Origin: Ruminococcus sp.
GTDB taxonomy: Bacteria; Bacillota; Clostridia; Oscillospirales; Ruminococcaceae
Assembly (NCBI GenBank): GCA_021200215.1
Contig: JAJQGV010000145.1
Span: 1-55,728, forward strand
Direction: 5' to 3'
Length of the DNA stretch: 55,728 nt
Part shown: positions 1-8,990 of the stretch, piece after piece
How the letters are laid out: each line of letters opens with the position of its first letter
Numbering within the stretch: the stretch's first letter is position 1
The notes under the pieces: model-generated
Database searches by the model: none
Seen by the model: only the letters and a program-made list of their open reading frames with translations
Told to the model about the DNA's origin: nothing
Position numbers and translations under genes: made by a program

Positions 1-139
1 GTATTAGTATACAATACTATTTTATCATTATAATTAATCGATTGCAAGTAATTATTTCGATTTTAACCAAAATGAAATATTTTTTAATACAAATGACTAT
101 TATGATATTAAAAAGAGAAGTATTTTTGTTTAAAGTTAC

Positions 140-175
140 TAAAAAACACTCCAAAGGGTTATAACTTTGGAGTGT
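140..175 (-). terminator. Rho-independent terminator downstream of the ferredoxin gene
   Basis: 11-bp stem ACACTCCAAAG/CTTTGGAGTGT (146-156 / 165-175) with an 8-nt loop, followed on the minus strand by T6. Confidence 0.75.
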
Positions 176-239
176 AAAAACATAATTGTCGTTTCAATTC
201 ACACGTTACCACTTAAATATAGACAAAATGCCTACAAAG

Positions 240-410
240 TTAGTCCTCAGATGGAGCACCTACTGGACAGACACCTGCACAAGCACCACAAGAGATACAA
301 GTATCAGCATCTATAACGTACTTGCCATCGCCTTCACTAATAGCACTTACTGGACAACCCTCAGCACAAGCACCACATGAAATGCAATCATCAGAAATTT
401 TGTATGCCAT
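240..410 (-). CDS. 2x[4Fe-4S] clostridial-type ferredoxin (56 aa)
   Basis: Two CxxCxxCxxxCP motifs (CISCGACAEGCP, CISCGACAGVCP). ATG at 410 lies 8 nt after GGAGG, so the 440 start in the ORF track looks like an upstream extension. Confidence 0.9.
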   Translation of the reverse strand: MAYKISDDCISCGACAEGCPVSAISEGDGKYVIDADTCISCGACAGVCPVGAPSED

Positions 411-602
411 AAAAAATACACCTCCGATTATTTTACCCATGATTATACTTCTAAACGTACATCATGTTCTCGTATAAATACAGTATAATATGTAAACTAC
501 CCATTACCTAAAGTCAATAGTGACATAGGTGCTTATAATATTGAACTAGGGCAGTTTCTACCTTATACTTATCTTGTATTATCAACTTTAGTTGATGTCA
601 TC

Positions 603-631
603 ATTATATCATAAAAAAATAGACTTGTCAA
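603..631 (-). promoter_or_regulatory. Sigma-A type promoter (TTGACA-17-TATAAT with TG extension) facing the ferredoxin gene
   Basis: Minus strand reads TTGACAagtctatttttttaTGaTATAAT. It implies a ~185-nt leader before the ferredoxin ATG. Confidence 0.55.
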
Positions 632-680
632 TAACTTTTTTGTTTTTTCATCAACCTTAAAGACAATAACACTATGATAT

Positions 681-706
681 AAAATTACACGCCCACATGG
701 GGCGTG
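681..706 (-). terminator. Terminator hairpin after the serpin gene
   Basis: Stem CACGCCC/GGGCGTG (688-694 / 700-706) with a 5-nt loop and a T-rich tail on the minus strand. Confidence 0.6.
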
Positions 707-734
707 ATTATGTATAATAATAGTGATATGGTAT

Positions 735-2168
735 CTACTCAGTATCTTGAGAATCTATACTGTTTACTACACCCATAAATACTGGAAGTTCTGTATCAGT
801 ATCTACTATAGCATAGATAAATGGTCTATTTAGATATACGTTGTAGTACTGTATACCCTCTGGCACACAACAACACTCGTTCGTAATAACCGTTACTGCA
901 GCTGCCTTTGTACCATTTCTATCCACTTGGATATATGCTTTCTGTATAACTTTACTAATATACATCTCAATATTCTTAGTAAGCATACCAGAAAAGTCTG
1001 CACTGTAATTAAATGCGGAATTAATACCCATATCCTGTAGAGTATCATTTAGTAAATAGTCACTCTTAATAGTAAACTCTGGAATAGATACATTTAATTC
1101 CATATTTTCAGTTACTTGATTGTTATACAAGTACGCAAAACTTTCACCATCTAAGTTTGATAGATACTCTTCTACAGATATATCACTATTAGGTAGAATA
1201 CCCATAAAGGCATACTTTCCACCATCGTAGTACTTCAAGAAACCTTGAGCGTTGTCATCGCTTAGATATACATCTTCTTGAGAATATAGCATAGCTACCT
1301 CTTGTTGTTCACCCTTAGAGTTAGTAAAGATGCCATTTTCATTGATACTATATTCATCGTACTCTTGTTCCCACTTACCTTCAAAACAGATAGCATTTAT
1401 TAAGTACATTATAGTCTGTTCGCTAGGAACATCATCAAGCACTTTATCAATCATGCCATCTGTGTGTTCATCGACCCAGTTATTAACGTCAGATACCAAT
1501 ATACTATCAAAAGGTTGCTGATAAATCTCCGATTTGAAGTACTTTTCACTATAGTTTTGGAAGTCTTCATTCAAACCGAAGTCATCACTTTCTCTAACCC
1601 AAATAGAGTTAGCTATCTTGCAAACATCGGTATCGGTCTGGTTTATTAGGTACGATATGTTGTTGTTAAACTCCTCTGTAGATACATCTTTGTAGAGGAC
1701 GTCCTTAAGCTCCTTTTGAGTAATGCCTTTAGCACCGTTGACAGTCATACCAAGAGCAAAGTATAGCGACTGTGGAGATAGTATTGCATTCTCATCTTCC
1801 TCTACTTGACGCTTTAAGAAGTCTATAGAGAAATCCAATATGTTGGCTTTCATATCTTGGTTGAGTGTATCAACCTCGGTAACTTCAGTCATAACTTGGG
1901 TATCGCTACTATTAGGCTCATTAAAGATTTCTTTCTTTAGTGACATTAGGTCAGTATAATCTACATCACCATCTTGATTATAGTCATACTTTGAAGCGTA
2001 TTGCTCTCCACTAAGAATATAATTCTTTAAGTTGATAACATCAATTATAGATGGTATATCCTCTTGTGATGAGTTACCTATAGTATCATCTGCATTGATG
2101 TTAATAGTGCCTACAGTAGCCATGAGTGTACTTAAAGCTAAAATCATAGCTAACTTTCTTTTTAACAT
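735..2168 (-). CDS. Secreted serpin (serine protease inhibitor) with an N-terminal dockerin-like Ca-binding repeat
   Basis: Signal peptide MLKRKLAMILALSTLMATV. Dockerin-like DYNQDGDVDYTDLMSLKKEI. Serpin body (LSPQSLYFALGMTVNGAKG, NAICFEGKWEQEY), hinge GTKAAAVT and NRPFIYAIV. The ATG at 2168 is preferred over the TTG at 2189. Confidence 0.85.
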   Translation of the reverse strand: MLKRKLAMILALSTLMATVGTININADDTIGNSSQEDIPSIIDVINLKNYILSGEQYASKYDYNQDGDVDYTDLMSLKKEIFNEPNSSDTQVMTEVTEVDTLNQDMKANILDFSIDFLKRQVEEDENAILSPQSLYFALGMTVNGAKGITQKELKDVLYKDVSTEEFNNNISYLINQTDTDVCKIANSIWVRESDDFGLNEDFQNYSEKYFKSEIYQQPFDSILVSDVNNWVDEHTDGMIDKVLDDVPSEQTIMYLINAICFEGKWEQEYDEYSINENGIFTNSKGEQQEVAMLYSQEDVYLSDDNAQGFLKYYDGGKYAFMGILPNSDISVEEYLSNLDGESFAYLYNNQVTENMELNVSIPEFTIKSDYLLNDTLQDMGINSAFNYSADFSGMLTKNIEMYISKVIQKAYIQVDRNGTKAAAVTVITNECCCVPEGIQYYNVYLNRPFIYAIVDTDTELPVFMGVVNSIDSQDTE

Positions 2169-2314
2169 AGAAATATCAAATCCTTTCAATTTAGGTTAGG
2201 TTTATGTGTTTGTAATAATATAACTCTTTAGCTGGGCAAAATGTTACACTATATTTGAAAATTTTTTAAAGTTTGTTAAATGTATCTAAATATATATTAT
2301 AAAATATTCCAATA

Positions 2315-2333
2315 TTAGTGCATATTGCACTAA
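2315..2333. promoter_or_regulatory. 19-bp palindrome TTAGTGCA-TAT-TGCACTAA upstream of the serpin gene (candidate operator)
   Basis: Perfect 8-bp inverted arms ~130-150 bp upstream of the serpin start. Confidence 0.3.
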
Positions 2334-2412
2334 GCACTTTAAAAGTACAGAATGTATTATATTTGCATCTAAAATTTATAGGGTTCGCAATAACGTGAAC
2401 CCTTTTTTAGTA

Positions 2413-2634
2413 TCATTTAGTATAGGAAATAATATCTTTAAACTTTAGATATTTTTTCAATAGTATTTTTTCAGTTTGAGAATTTTCGCCGTTGGGGATA
2501 ATTATTCTTTCTAAGCTTTCACAACCATAAAAAGCCCTCCTACCAATTTCAGTAACACTATCTGAGATAGTTACAACCGTATCATTTCCAGTGTATTTTT
2601 TTAGTACACCATTTTCAATTTGGAAATCACCCAT
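2413..2634 (-). pseudogene. Truncated BspA-type leucine-rich-repeat surface protein fragment (73 aa)
   Basis: FQIENGVLKKYTGNDTVVTISDSVTEIGRRAFYGCESLERIIIP is a typical N-terminus plus first LRR of large surface proteins. The ORF ends after one repeat. Confidence 0.4.
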
Positions 2635-2820
2635 AATTTAAAATTCTTTCATTATTTTTTTTATCTCTATGCCGTATGTACAACTACTTTTTATTATATC
2701 ATAAGAGGAAAATTTTTCAAGATGGATTTTAATAAGAGAATATCTTTGTGACTTTTTTAGTATATTAAAAGATGCTTAGAAAAACTATTACACTCGTTGA
2801 AATTTTACCTAATATTGCTA

Positions 2821-2849
2821 TTGACTTTTTATCTAATCTGTGATATAAT
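2821..2849 (+). promoter_or_regulatory. Promoter of tRNA-Pro (TTGACT-17-TATAAT, extended -10 TG)
   Basis: TTGACT 2821-2826 and TGaTATAAT 2841-2849, 14 nt upstream of the tRNA 5' end. Confidence 0.7.
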
Positions 2850-2862
2850 CTATTTTACAATT

Positions 2863-2935
2863 CTGGGTGTGGCGCAGGTGGTAGCGTGCTACCTTGGGGT
2901 GGTAGAGGCCGTGGGTTCAAGTCCCGCCACTCAGA
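2863..2935 (+). tRNA. tRNA-Pro (anticodon GGG), CCA not encoded
   Basis: Hand-folded cloverleaf. Acceptor CTGGGTG/CACTCAG (one G:U), D stem GCGC/GCGT, anticodon stem CTACC/GGTAG with loop TTGGGGT (G37), T arm GTGGG-TTCAAGT-CCCGC, discriminator A. Confidence 0.9.
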
Positions 2936-3031
2936 TATTTTAATCAATTTCAGCAATCTATCCTCTGCTTTTAAAGTAGGGGATAAATTACGTCTATAAT
3001 ATTGACAAAATATGTATTAAATACTAATACT

Positions 3032-3132
3032 ATGAAGTTTCATAAACCATCTTGCCGAGATGTTGAAAAGATATCTCAAGAGATGATGTAATCGCACAAG
3101 GTTATGACCCATGTGGGCATTGTAACCCTTAA
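3032..3132 (+). pseudogene. Frameshifted remnant of a small Cys-rich (Ada-like Zn-binding type) domain
   Basis: Frame 1 gives MKFHKPSCRDVEKISQEMM*. The next frame continues DDVIAQGYDPCGHCNP*. Together these resemble the FHxPxC...GYxPCxxCxP module, interrupted. Confidence 0.3.
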
Positions 3133-3172
3133 TTGATATATACTGTTTGCGTGAGTTGAAACAATCAAAGTA

Positions 3173-3204
3173 AAAGAGGTTTATCTTAATGGATAAACCT
3201 CTTT
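3173..3204. terminator. Strong bidirectional hairpin, likely terminator of the dnaK operon (minus) and of the tRNA-side transcript (plus)
   Basis: 13-bp stem AAAGAGGTTTATC/GATAAACCTCTTT with a 6-nt loop and T/A-rich flanks. Confidence 0.7.
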
Positions 3205-3313
3205 ATATATGTTATAATATCACAATAGTTATTATATGTTGTTACTCGATAATTTCACAAAGTGCTAAATACATACTCAGTATACGTGGATTAACTAGCA
3301 GGAAATACTAATC

Positions 3314-3347
3314 TTTTTTCAATCCTTACTGCTGTTAAGTTTCCTTT
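3314..3347 (-). repeat. Mini-copy of the structured repeat family (ends only), directly behind the dnaJ stop
   Basis: Minus strand reads AAAAAGGAAACTTAACAGCAGTAAGGATTGAAAAAAG. It matches the AAAAGGAAACTTAACGGCAGT and GGATTGAAA segments of the copies at 6793-6970 and 33851-34022. Confidence 0.6.
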
Positions 3348-4529
3348 TTAACCGAGTGTATTAAACTTATCCTTTAAATCGTCCATGAAGTTTTTAATCT
3401 TATTAGAGAAGTTACTTCTCTTAGCGTAGTTATTTTCACTTATAGAATTATCAAACTCTTTTAATAATTCTTTCTGTTTCTTAGTTAGATTCTTAGGTAC
3501 TTCGACATTTACGATAACGTATTGGTCACCCCTATCGGAACGATTTATCTTTTGAACGCCTTTACCTTTTAACCTAAACTTAGTGCCGTTTTGAGTACCT
3601 TCAGCGATGTTATACTTAACATTACCATCTATAGTTGGAACGGTTAGTTCTGCACCAAATACTGCTTGAGCGAAGGTAATAGGCATCTCACAATAGATAT
3701 CATATCTATCACGTTGGAATATACTGCTATTCTTAACATTTACAGTTACTAATAGGTCACCATTTCTACCACCATTCACACCTGCTGAACCTTTACCATT
3801 TACTCTTAAGGTTTGACCATCATCTATACCAGCAGGGATATCTACAGTTATAGTACAACTATTTCTAACCCTACCCGAACCGTTACACTTTGGACATGGA
3901 TTGGTTATAATCTTACCCTTACCATTACACTTACTACAAGTTTTCATGGTAGATATATTTCCAAAGGCAGTACGTTGAGTAACTCTAATACTACCAGAAC
4001 CATTACATTCATAACAAGTTTCTGTTACACCATTGGTAGAACCAGAACCATTACATTCAGAACAAGTTTCAACACGTTGAATCTTAATATCCTTTTTAAT
4101 ACCTTTACAAGCTTCCATAAATTCAATGCTGGTAGTAACGTTTATATCTTGACCTTTTCGTGGAGCGGTTGCATTTCTACTAGAACTACCACCGAATCCA
4201 CTATTAAAACTACCAAAGCCACCACCAAAGATGTTTTCAAATATGTCACCCATGTCACCGAATGGATTTCCTCCAGAATAGCCACCACCTTGATAGTTAG
4301 GGTCTACACCTGCATGACCAAATTGGTCATATCTAGCCTTTTTAGAACTGTCAGAAAGTACTTCATAAGCCTCATTAACCTCTTTAAACTTTTCAGCACA
4401 ATCCTTATCATCGGGGTGTAGGTCGGGGTGATACTGTCTTGCCAACTTTCTATATGCTTTTTTTATCTCATCTTCAGAAGCGGTTTTAGGAACACCTAAC
4501 ACTTCATAATAATCTCTTTTTTCAGCCAT
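3348..4529 (-). CDS. dnaJ: Molecular chaperone DnaJ
   Basis: J domain with HPD (YHPDLHPDD), G/F-rich linker, four CxxCxGxG zinc-finger repeats. Confidence 0.97.
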   Translation of the reverse strand: MAEKRDYYEVLGVPKTASEDEIKKAYRKLARQYHPDLHPDDKDCAEKFKEVNEAYEVLSDSSKKARYDQFGHAGVDPNYQGGGYSGGNPFGDMGDIFENIFGGGFGSFNSGFGGSSSRNATAPRKGQDINVTTSIEFMEACKGIKKDIKIQRVETCSECNGSGSTNGVTETCYECNGSGSIRVTQRTAFGNISTMKTCSKCNGKGKIITNPCPKCNGSGRVRNSCTITVDIPAGIDDGQTLRVNGKGSAGVNGGRNGDLLVTVNVKNSSIFQRDRYDIYCEMPITFAQAVFGAELTVPTIDGNVKYNIAEGTQNGTKFRLKGKGVQKINRSDRGDQYVIVNVEVPKNLTKKQKELLKEFDNSISENNYAKRSNFSNKIKNFMDDLKDKFNTLG

Positions 4530-4571
4530 AATGAACCCTCACTAACTTTTTGAATTAATAAAATATATCTT

Positions 4572-4605
4572 AAAACGGGCGGAATATAAAAAGACTATCC
4601 GCCCG
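4572..4605 (-). terminator. Hairpin plus T-tract between dnaK and dnaJ (attenuating terminator)
   Basis: Stem CGGGCGG/CCGCCCG (4576-4582 / 4599-4605), followed on the minus strand by TTTT. Confidence 0.6.
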
Positions 4606-4631
4606 ACTGATTATTTAAAGTTTATAGTCAA

Positions 4632-6473
4632 CTACTTTTCCTCAGTAAAATCAGCGTCGATAACGTCATCATCGTTGTTACTGTTAGAAGAAGTATCTTC
4701 TTGTTGATAAGCACCTTGAGTTGCATCACCTTGTGGTGCAGACTGTTGATATACCTTAGTTGCGATATCGTTCATAAGCTTTTGAAGTTCATCATACTTA
4801 GCCTTAATATCGTCAGTATTATCAGTCTTAACAGCCTCTTTTAAAGCGTTACACTTTTCTAATATAGGAGCTTTTTCACTTTCAGAAACCTTATCACCGA
4901 AGTCATTAAGAGCTTTTTCAACTTGCATTACTAAACTTTCTGCATTGTTCTTAATATCTACAGCTTCACGAGCCTTCTTATCCTGTTCTGCGAACTGTTC
5001 AGCCTCTTTAACTGCCTTATCTATATCATCTTTAGACATATTTGTAGATGCAGTAATAGTAATGTTCTGTTCTCTACCCGTACCTAAATCCTTAGCAGAT
5101 ACGTGTACGATACCGTTTTGGTCGATATCGAAAGTAACTTCAATCTGTGGAATACCTCTAGGAGCAGGAGCAATACCATCAAGCTTAAACATACCTAGTG
5201 ATTTATTATCCTTAGCGAACTCACGCTCACCTTGTAGTACGTTAATTTCAACGGCTGGTTGATTATCGGCAGCGGTTGAGAATATCTGTGACTTTTTAGT
5301 AGGGATAGTGGTATTTCTTTCAATGATTTTAGTACAAACACCACCCATAGTTTCAAGACCTAGTGAAAGTGGAGTAACATCTAATAGTAATAGACCGTCC
5401 TTAACATCACCGCCTATGATACCACCTTGATATGCAGCACCTAAAGCTACACACTCATCTGGGTTGATTCCCTTAAATGGTTCTTTACCCATTTTTTGCT
5501 TAACGGCATCGTAGACTGCTGGAATTCTTGAAGAACCACCAACCATTAGAACCTTGTTTAAATCGCTTGGCTTTAGACCGCTATCTCTTAATGCTTGGTC
5601 TACAGGCCCCATAGTAGCTTGAACTAGGTCAGCAGTTAGACTATCGAACTTAGCCTTGGTTAGAGTAATATCCATATGCTTTGGACCAGTAGCATCAGCC
5701 GTAATGAATGGTAGATTAATATTAGAAGTTGGTGTAGATGAAAGTTCTATCTTAGATTTTTCAGCGGCCTCTTTTAGACGTTGCATAGCCATCTTATCCT
5801 TAGTTAGGTCAATGCCATCAGAAGATTTAAATTCAGATACTAACCAATCGATGATTCTTTGGTCAAAGTCGTCACCACCTAGACGGTTGTTACCAGCAGT
5901 AGCAAGAACTTCAGTTACACCGTCGCCCATCTCAATAATAGATACGTCGAAAGTACCACCGCCAAGGTCATATACCATAATCTTTTGGTCTTCTTCCTTG
6001 TCGATACCATATGATAATGCTGCTGCAGTAGGTTCATTTATAATTCTCTTAACGTTAAGACCCGCAATTTGACCTGCGTCCTTAGTAGCTTGACGTTGAG
6101 CATCTGTAAAGTATGCAGGAACTGTAATTACTGCTTCTGTAACCTTTTCACCAAGATATGCTTCTGCATCAGCCTTTAATTTTTGAAGTATCATAGCAGA
6201 AATCTCTTGTGGAGTGTACTTCTTACCATCTATATCTACTTTGTAATCTGAACCCATATGACGCTTAATAGATATAACTGTCTTATCTGGGTTAGTTATG
6301 GCCTGACGCTTTGCTACTTGACCGACCAATCTTTCACCGTTCTTTGAAAAAGCAACTACAGATGGTGTAGTTCTAGAACCTTCAGCGTTAGCAATAACTA
6401 CTGGATTTCCACCTTCCATTACTGCTACACATGAATTTGTTGTACCTAAGTCAATACCAATAATCTTTGACAT
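4632..6473 (-). CDS. dnaK: Molecular chaperone DnaK (Hsp70)
   Basis: [32 protein letters not shown] signatures; 613 aa. Confidence 0.98.
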   Translation of the reverse strand: MSKIIGIDLGTTNSCVAVMEGGNPVVIANAEGSRTTPSVVAFSKNGERLVGQVAKRQAITNPDKTVISIKRHMGSDYKVDIDGKKYTPQEISAMILQKLKADAEAYLGEKVTEAVITVPAYFTDAQRQATKDAGQIAGLNVKRIINEPTAAALSYGIDKEEDQKIMVYDLGGGTFDVSIIEMGDGVTEVLATAGNNRLGGDDFDQRIIDWLVSEFKSSDGIDLTKDKMAMQRLKEAAEKSKIELSSTPTSNINLPFITADATGPKHMDITLTKAKFDSLTADLVQATMGPVDQALRDSGLKPSDLNKVLMVGGSSRIPAVYDAVKQKMGKEPFKGINPDECVALGAAYQGGIIGGDVKDGLLLLDVTPLSLGLETMGGVCTKIIERNTTIPTKKSQIFSTAADNQPAVEINVLQGEREFAKDNKSLGMFKLDGIAPAPRGIPQIEVTFDIDQNGIVHVSAKDLGTGREQNITITASTNMSKDDIDKAVKEAEQFAEQDKKAREAVDIKNNAESLVMQVEKALNDFGDKVSESEKAPILEKCNALKEAVKTDNTDDIKAKYDELQKLMNDIATKVYQQSAPQGDATQGAYQQEDTSSNSNNDDDVIDADFTEEK

Positions 6474-6547
6474 AAAAATACTTCCTTTCGATAAATAAGA
6501 TTTCCGTACTTTACGGATATATATTTTTTTTAATTATTAGTTAATAA

Positions 6548-6661
6548 TTAATTTTTAGATACCACTATAAGCGATAAAATAGAAATTGTTAATACACAAG
6601 TTATTTCATCGCTGTATTTATCAATAAAATTTCTAACCTTACCTTTACGATTTTTATTCAT
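6548..6661 (-). CDS. Candidate 37-aa small membrane peptide between grpE and dnaK
   Basis: ATG 5 nt after AAAGGTGA. MNKNRKGKVRNFIDKYSDEITCVLTISILSLIVVSKN has a basic N-terminus and one hydrophobic helix. It is below the ORF-track cutoff and has no homology evidence. Confidence 0.3.
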   Translation of the reverse strand: MNKNRKGKVRNFIDKYSDEITCVLTISILSLIVVSKN

Positions 6662-6792
6662 AGAATCACCTTTTTTTCAAGGAGGAGGCGAATATAAGTA
6701 ATTAACAATTAATAATTATTAATTAATAGTTAGCACTCATACTCGCCCACAATTTATTAAGAGGTTGAGTTATAGTTATCTAACGTTTTTTA

Positions 6793-6970
6793 TTTCAATC
6801 CACGCTCGGTATATTATCGGAGTGCGATGTACGTACATTGATACGCATAAATTGACCTCGTATCAGTAGGGGATACCAATTTTTCTCCGCCCACCACTGC
6901 CGTTAAGTTTCCTTTTAGCAATTCATCTCGCCACTTGTACTGTTGAAGTGGGGGAATTCTTGCTGAAATT
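6793..6970 (-). repeat. Unclassified structured intergenic repeat (candidate ncRNA / 3'UTR element), copy behind grpE
   Basis: Reverse complement aligns over ~175 nt with 33851-34022. Differences lie in hairpin tips or are pairing-preserving. No ORF. Confidence 0.75.
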
Positions 6971-6978
6971 ATTTAAAC

Positions 6979-7572
6979 CTATTGAACAACTTGCACCATA
7001 GCTGGACGAATAAGTCTTTCACCGAGCATATAGCCTTTTTGAAACACATTACACACGGTATCACTTTCATACTTATCGTTTTCGCACTGTTGAATAGCAT
7101 GGTGTATGTTTGGGTCAAAAGGTTTACCAAGAGCATCTATCTCTTTAACACCCATTTTATCTAAAATAGCCATAAAGTTCTTAAAAATCATCTCCATACC
7201 AGATTTATAATTTTCATCAGAACATTCTTGAGTTAATGCACGTTCAAAGTTATCTATAACGGGCAATATCTGTTTAACGCACTCAGAAATGGCATTGTTA
7301 TACGCCTCAGTCTTTTCTTTTGTAGTTCTGTTTCTGTAATTTTGGAACTCTGCATACAATCTAAGGTACTTATCTTTTTCTTCTTGAAGTTCCTTAGTAA
7401 GGGCATCTAAATCACTATTAGACTTATCACCTTGAGCCTCATCATTACAAGATGCTTGACTTTCTTGTTCTACACTAGAATCAATATCTTCTTGATTAGT
7501 ATCTACCGATGCATTATTTTCTATCTTTTCATCATCAGTAGAGTTGTTAATATCCTTTTCTTCAGTTGCCAT
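6979..7572 (-). CDS. grpE: Nucleotide exchange factor GrpE
   Basis: YLRLYAEFQNYRNR motif and a GrpE C-terminal beta domain. The ATG at 7572 lies ~9 nt after AAAGGAAG and overlaps the hrcA end. Confidence 0.93.
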   Translation of the reverse strand: MATEEKDINNSTDDEKIENNASVDTNQEDIDSSVEQESQASCNDEAQGDKSNSDLDALTKELQEEKDKYLRLYAEFQNYRNRTTKEKTEAYNNAISECVKQILPVIDNFERALTQECSDENYKSGMEMIFKNFMAILDKMGVKEIDALGKPFDPNIHHAIQQCENDKYESDTVCNVFQKGYMLGERLIRPAMVQVVQ

Positions 7573-8611
7573 CGGAACCATCTTCCTTTCTCGCATCAGC
7601 GTCTTGGTCTGTAATCATATCAGTAATCTTTTGACTAAAATATTCTATATAAGGAATAATACGAGCATAGTTTAAACGCATAGGACCTATTATTCCAAGA
7701 GAACCAGCAGTTTTAGAGCCTTTCTTATAGTGTGACATAATCATACTAGAGTTACTAATAATAAAATCATCACTACTTTCCTGACCGAACTTAATCTGTA
7801 TACCACTAAAGGCATCATCAAGCATAGCAGAGAATCTATTCTTATTTTCAAGGAAGTTTACAATATCCATCTTATCGAAATCTTTACACGCTAAAAGATT
7901 TTTTTCACCTTGAACGGTATACTCATCATGGCGTAAATCTTTTGACATTTCATATATACCTTGAACTAAAGGGGTTAAGGTCATCATGTAAGTTCCAAGA
8001 GCAGTTACTAGCTGTTCCATTTTCTCATCGGATAGATTTTCAATGACTTCACCCTGTAGATTTTCTTGTATATACTTTGAAAAGAACTCCATCTGTTCAT
8101 TGGTCAAGTCAAACTCTAAACGACAGACTCTATTTTTAATAGTTCCATTAGAGGTTATAAGTAGAATAACGTACAATCTCTTACCAGTAGGAATAATCTC
8201 TACCTTAGATATTACTGAAAACTTAGGAGCAGAGTTAGCAACTACCACTGCACATTGAGTAAGTTCTGCAAGAGTCTGAGTTGCATACTCTATTATAGAA
8301 TCTTCAGTAAGGGTTTCTTGTTCTTCTAATGACTTATCTAACCGAGTTCTTTCTTCTACAGTTAATTCTTGAACCGTCATAAGCTTATCAATATACAATC
8401 TAAAACCACTATAGGTAGGAACTCTACCCGCCGAGGTGTGTGGTTGAATTAAATAGCCTAACTGTTCCAGTGTTGCCATATCATTTCTAACTGTGGCAGA
8501 TGACACCTTAATATCGGGGTGGTTTGAGATAACCTTTGACCCTACAGGCTCACCAGTCTTAATATACTCATCTACTACTATTGCAAGGATTTTCAACTTT
8601 CTATCGTCCAA
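7562..8611 (-). CDS. hrcA: Heat-inducible transcription repressor HrcA
   Basis: N-terminal winged helix (ILAIVVDEYIKTGEPVGSK...SSATVRNDMATLEQLGYL), operon context and an upstream CIRCE. TTG start after GGAGGTG. Confidence 0.95.
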   Translation of the reverse strand: MDDRKLKILAIVVDEYIKTGEPVGSKVISNHPDIKVSSATVRNDMATLEQLGYLIQPHTSAGRVPTYSGFRLYIDKLMTVQELTVEERTRLDKSLEEQETLTEDSIIEYATQTLAELTQCAVVVANSAPKFSVISKVEIIPTGKRLYVILLITSNGTIKNRVCRLEFDLTNEQMEFFSKYIQENLQGEVIENLSDEKMEQLVTALGTYMMTLTPLVQGIYEMSKDLRHDEYTVQGEKNLLACKDFDKMDIVNFLENKNRFSAMLDDAFSGIQIKFGQESSDDFIISNSSMIMSHYKKGSKTAGSLGIIGPMRLNYARIIPYIEYFSQKITDMITDQDADARKEDGSDGN

Positions 8612-8655
8612 GAACTTTCACCTCCGAATGTACTAGCAGTGAATGTAGTAGTCTG

Positions 8656-8682
8656 TTAGCACTCTTTCTCCTTGAGTGCTAA
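8656..8682 (-). promoter_or_regulatory. CIRCE operator (HrcA binding site)
   Basis: Perfect TTAGCACTC-N9-GAGTGCTAA 45 bp upstream of hrcA. Confidence 0.95.
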
Positions 8683-8911
8683 TTGCATTTTATCACTATT
8701 GTGAGCAAATGTCAATAGATTTAATTATATTTGTATACATTCACATATTTTTCAATATATTTAGCTTTATATTGTGGATATTGACAATATAGTCTATGAA
8801 CATAAAATATTATACGCTAAAACTCAACACTATATACAAAGACAAGATAGCAGAAATGTCTGCTTTCTAACGATTAATATTTTTTAATCCAAAAGATAGT
8901 TAGGAAAGACG

Positions 8912-8940
8912 TTGACAAAAACATCTAAATATGATATACT
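8912..8940 (+). promoter_or_regulatory. Promoter of the GntR/ABC operon (TTGACA-17-TATACT, TG-extended)
   Basis: TTGACA 8912-8917 and TATACT 8935-8940. Confidence 0.65.
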
Positions 8941-8967
8941 AATTGTACTAGAATATGTAGTACAATT
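8941..8967 (+). promoter_or_regulatory. Candidate YtrA/GntR operator: 10-bp inverted repeat AATTGTACTA-N7-TAGTACAATT
   Basis: Perfect palindrome immediately after the -10 and before the RBS of the GntR gene. Confidence 0.6.
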
Positions 8968-8990
8968 TCCCTTTGAAAGGAGGTTTCTCT

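Noticed and set aside
411-595. Possible riboswitch in the ~185-nt ferredoxin leader
   Set aside because: No conserved riboswitch core was recognisable, only a small hairpin (ATCAAC/GTTGAT). A second promoter-like TTGACT closer to the gene could explain the distance.
3813-6072. Long antisense ORFs inside dnaJ and dnaK (3813-4421, 4945-5262, 5656-6072, all +)
   Set aside because: These are shadow ORFs opposite strongly conserved genes. They have T/S/I-rich composition and no RBS.
6730-6738. Second CIRCE operator in front of dnaK
   Set aside because: Only one arm (TTAGCACTC) is present. Nine nt away there is no GAGTGCTAA-like partner. It is noted within the spacer finding but not called as an operator.
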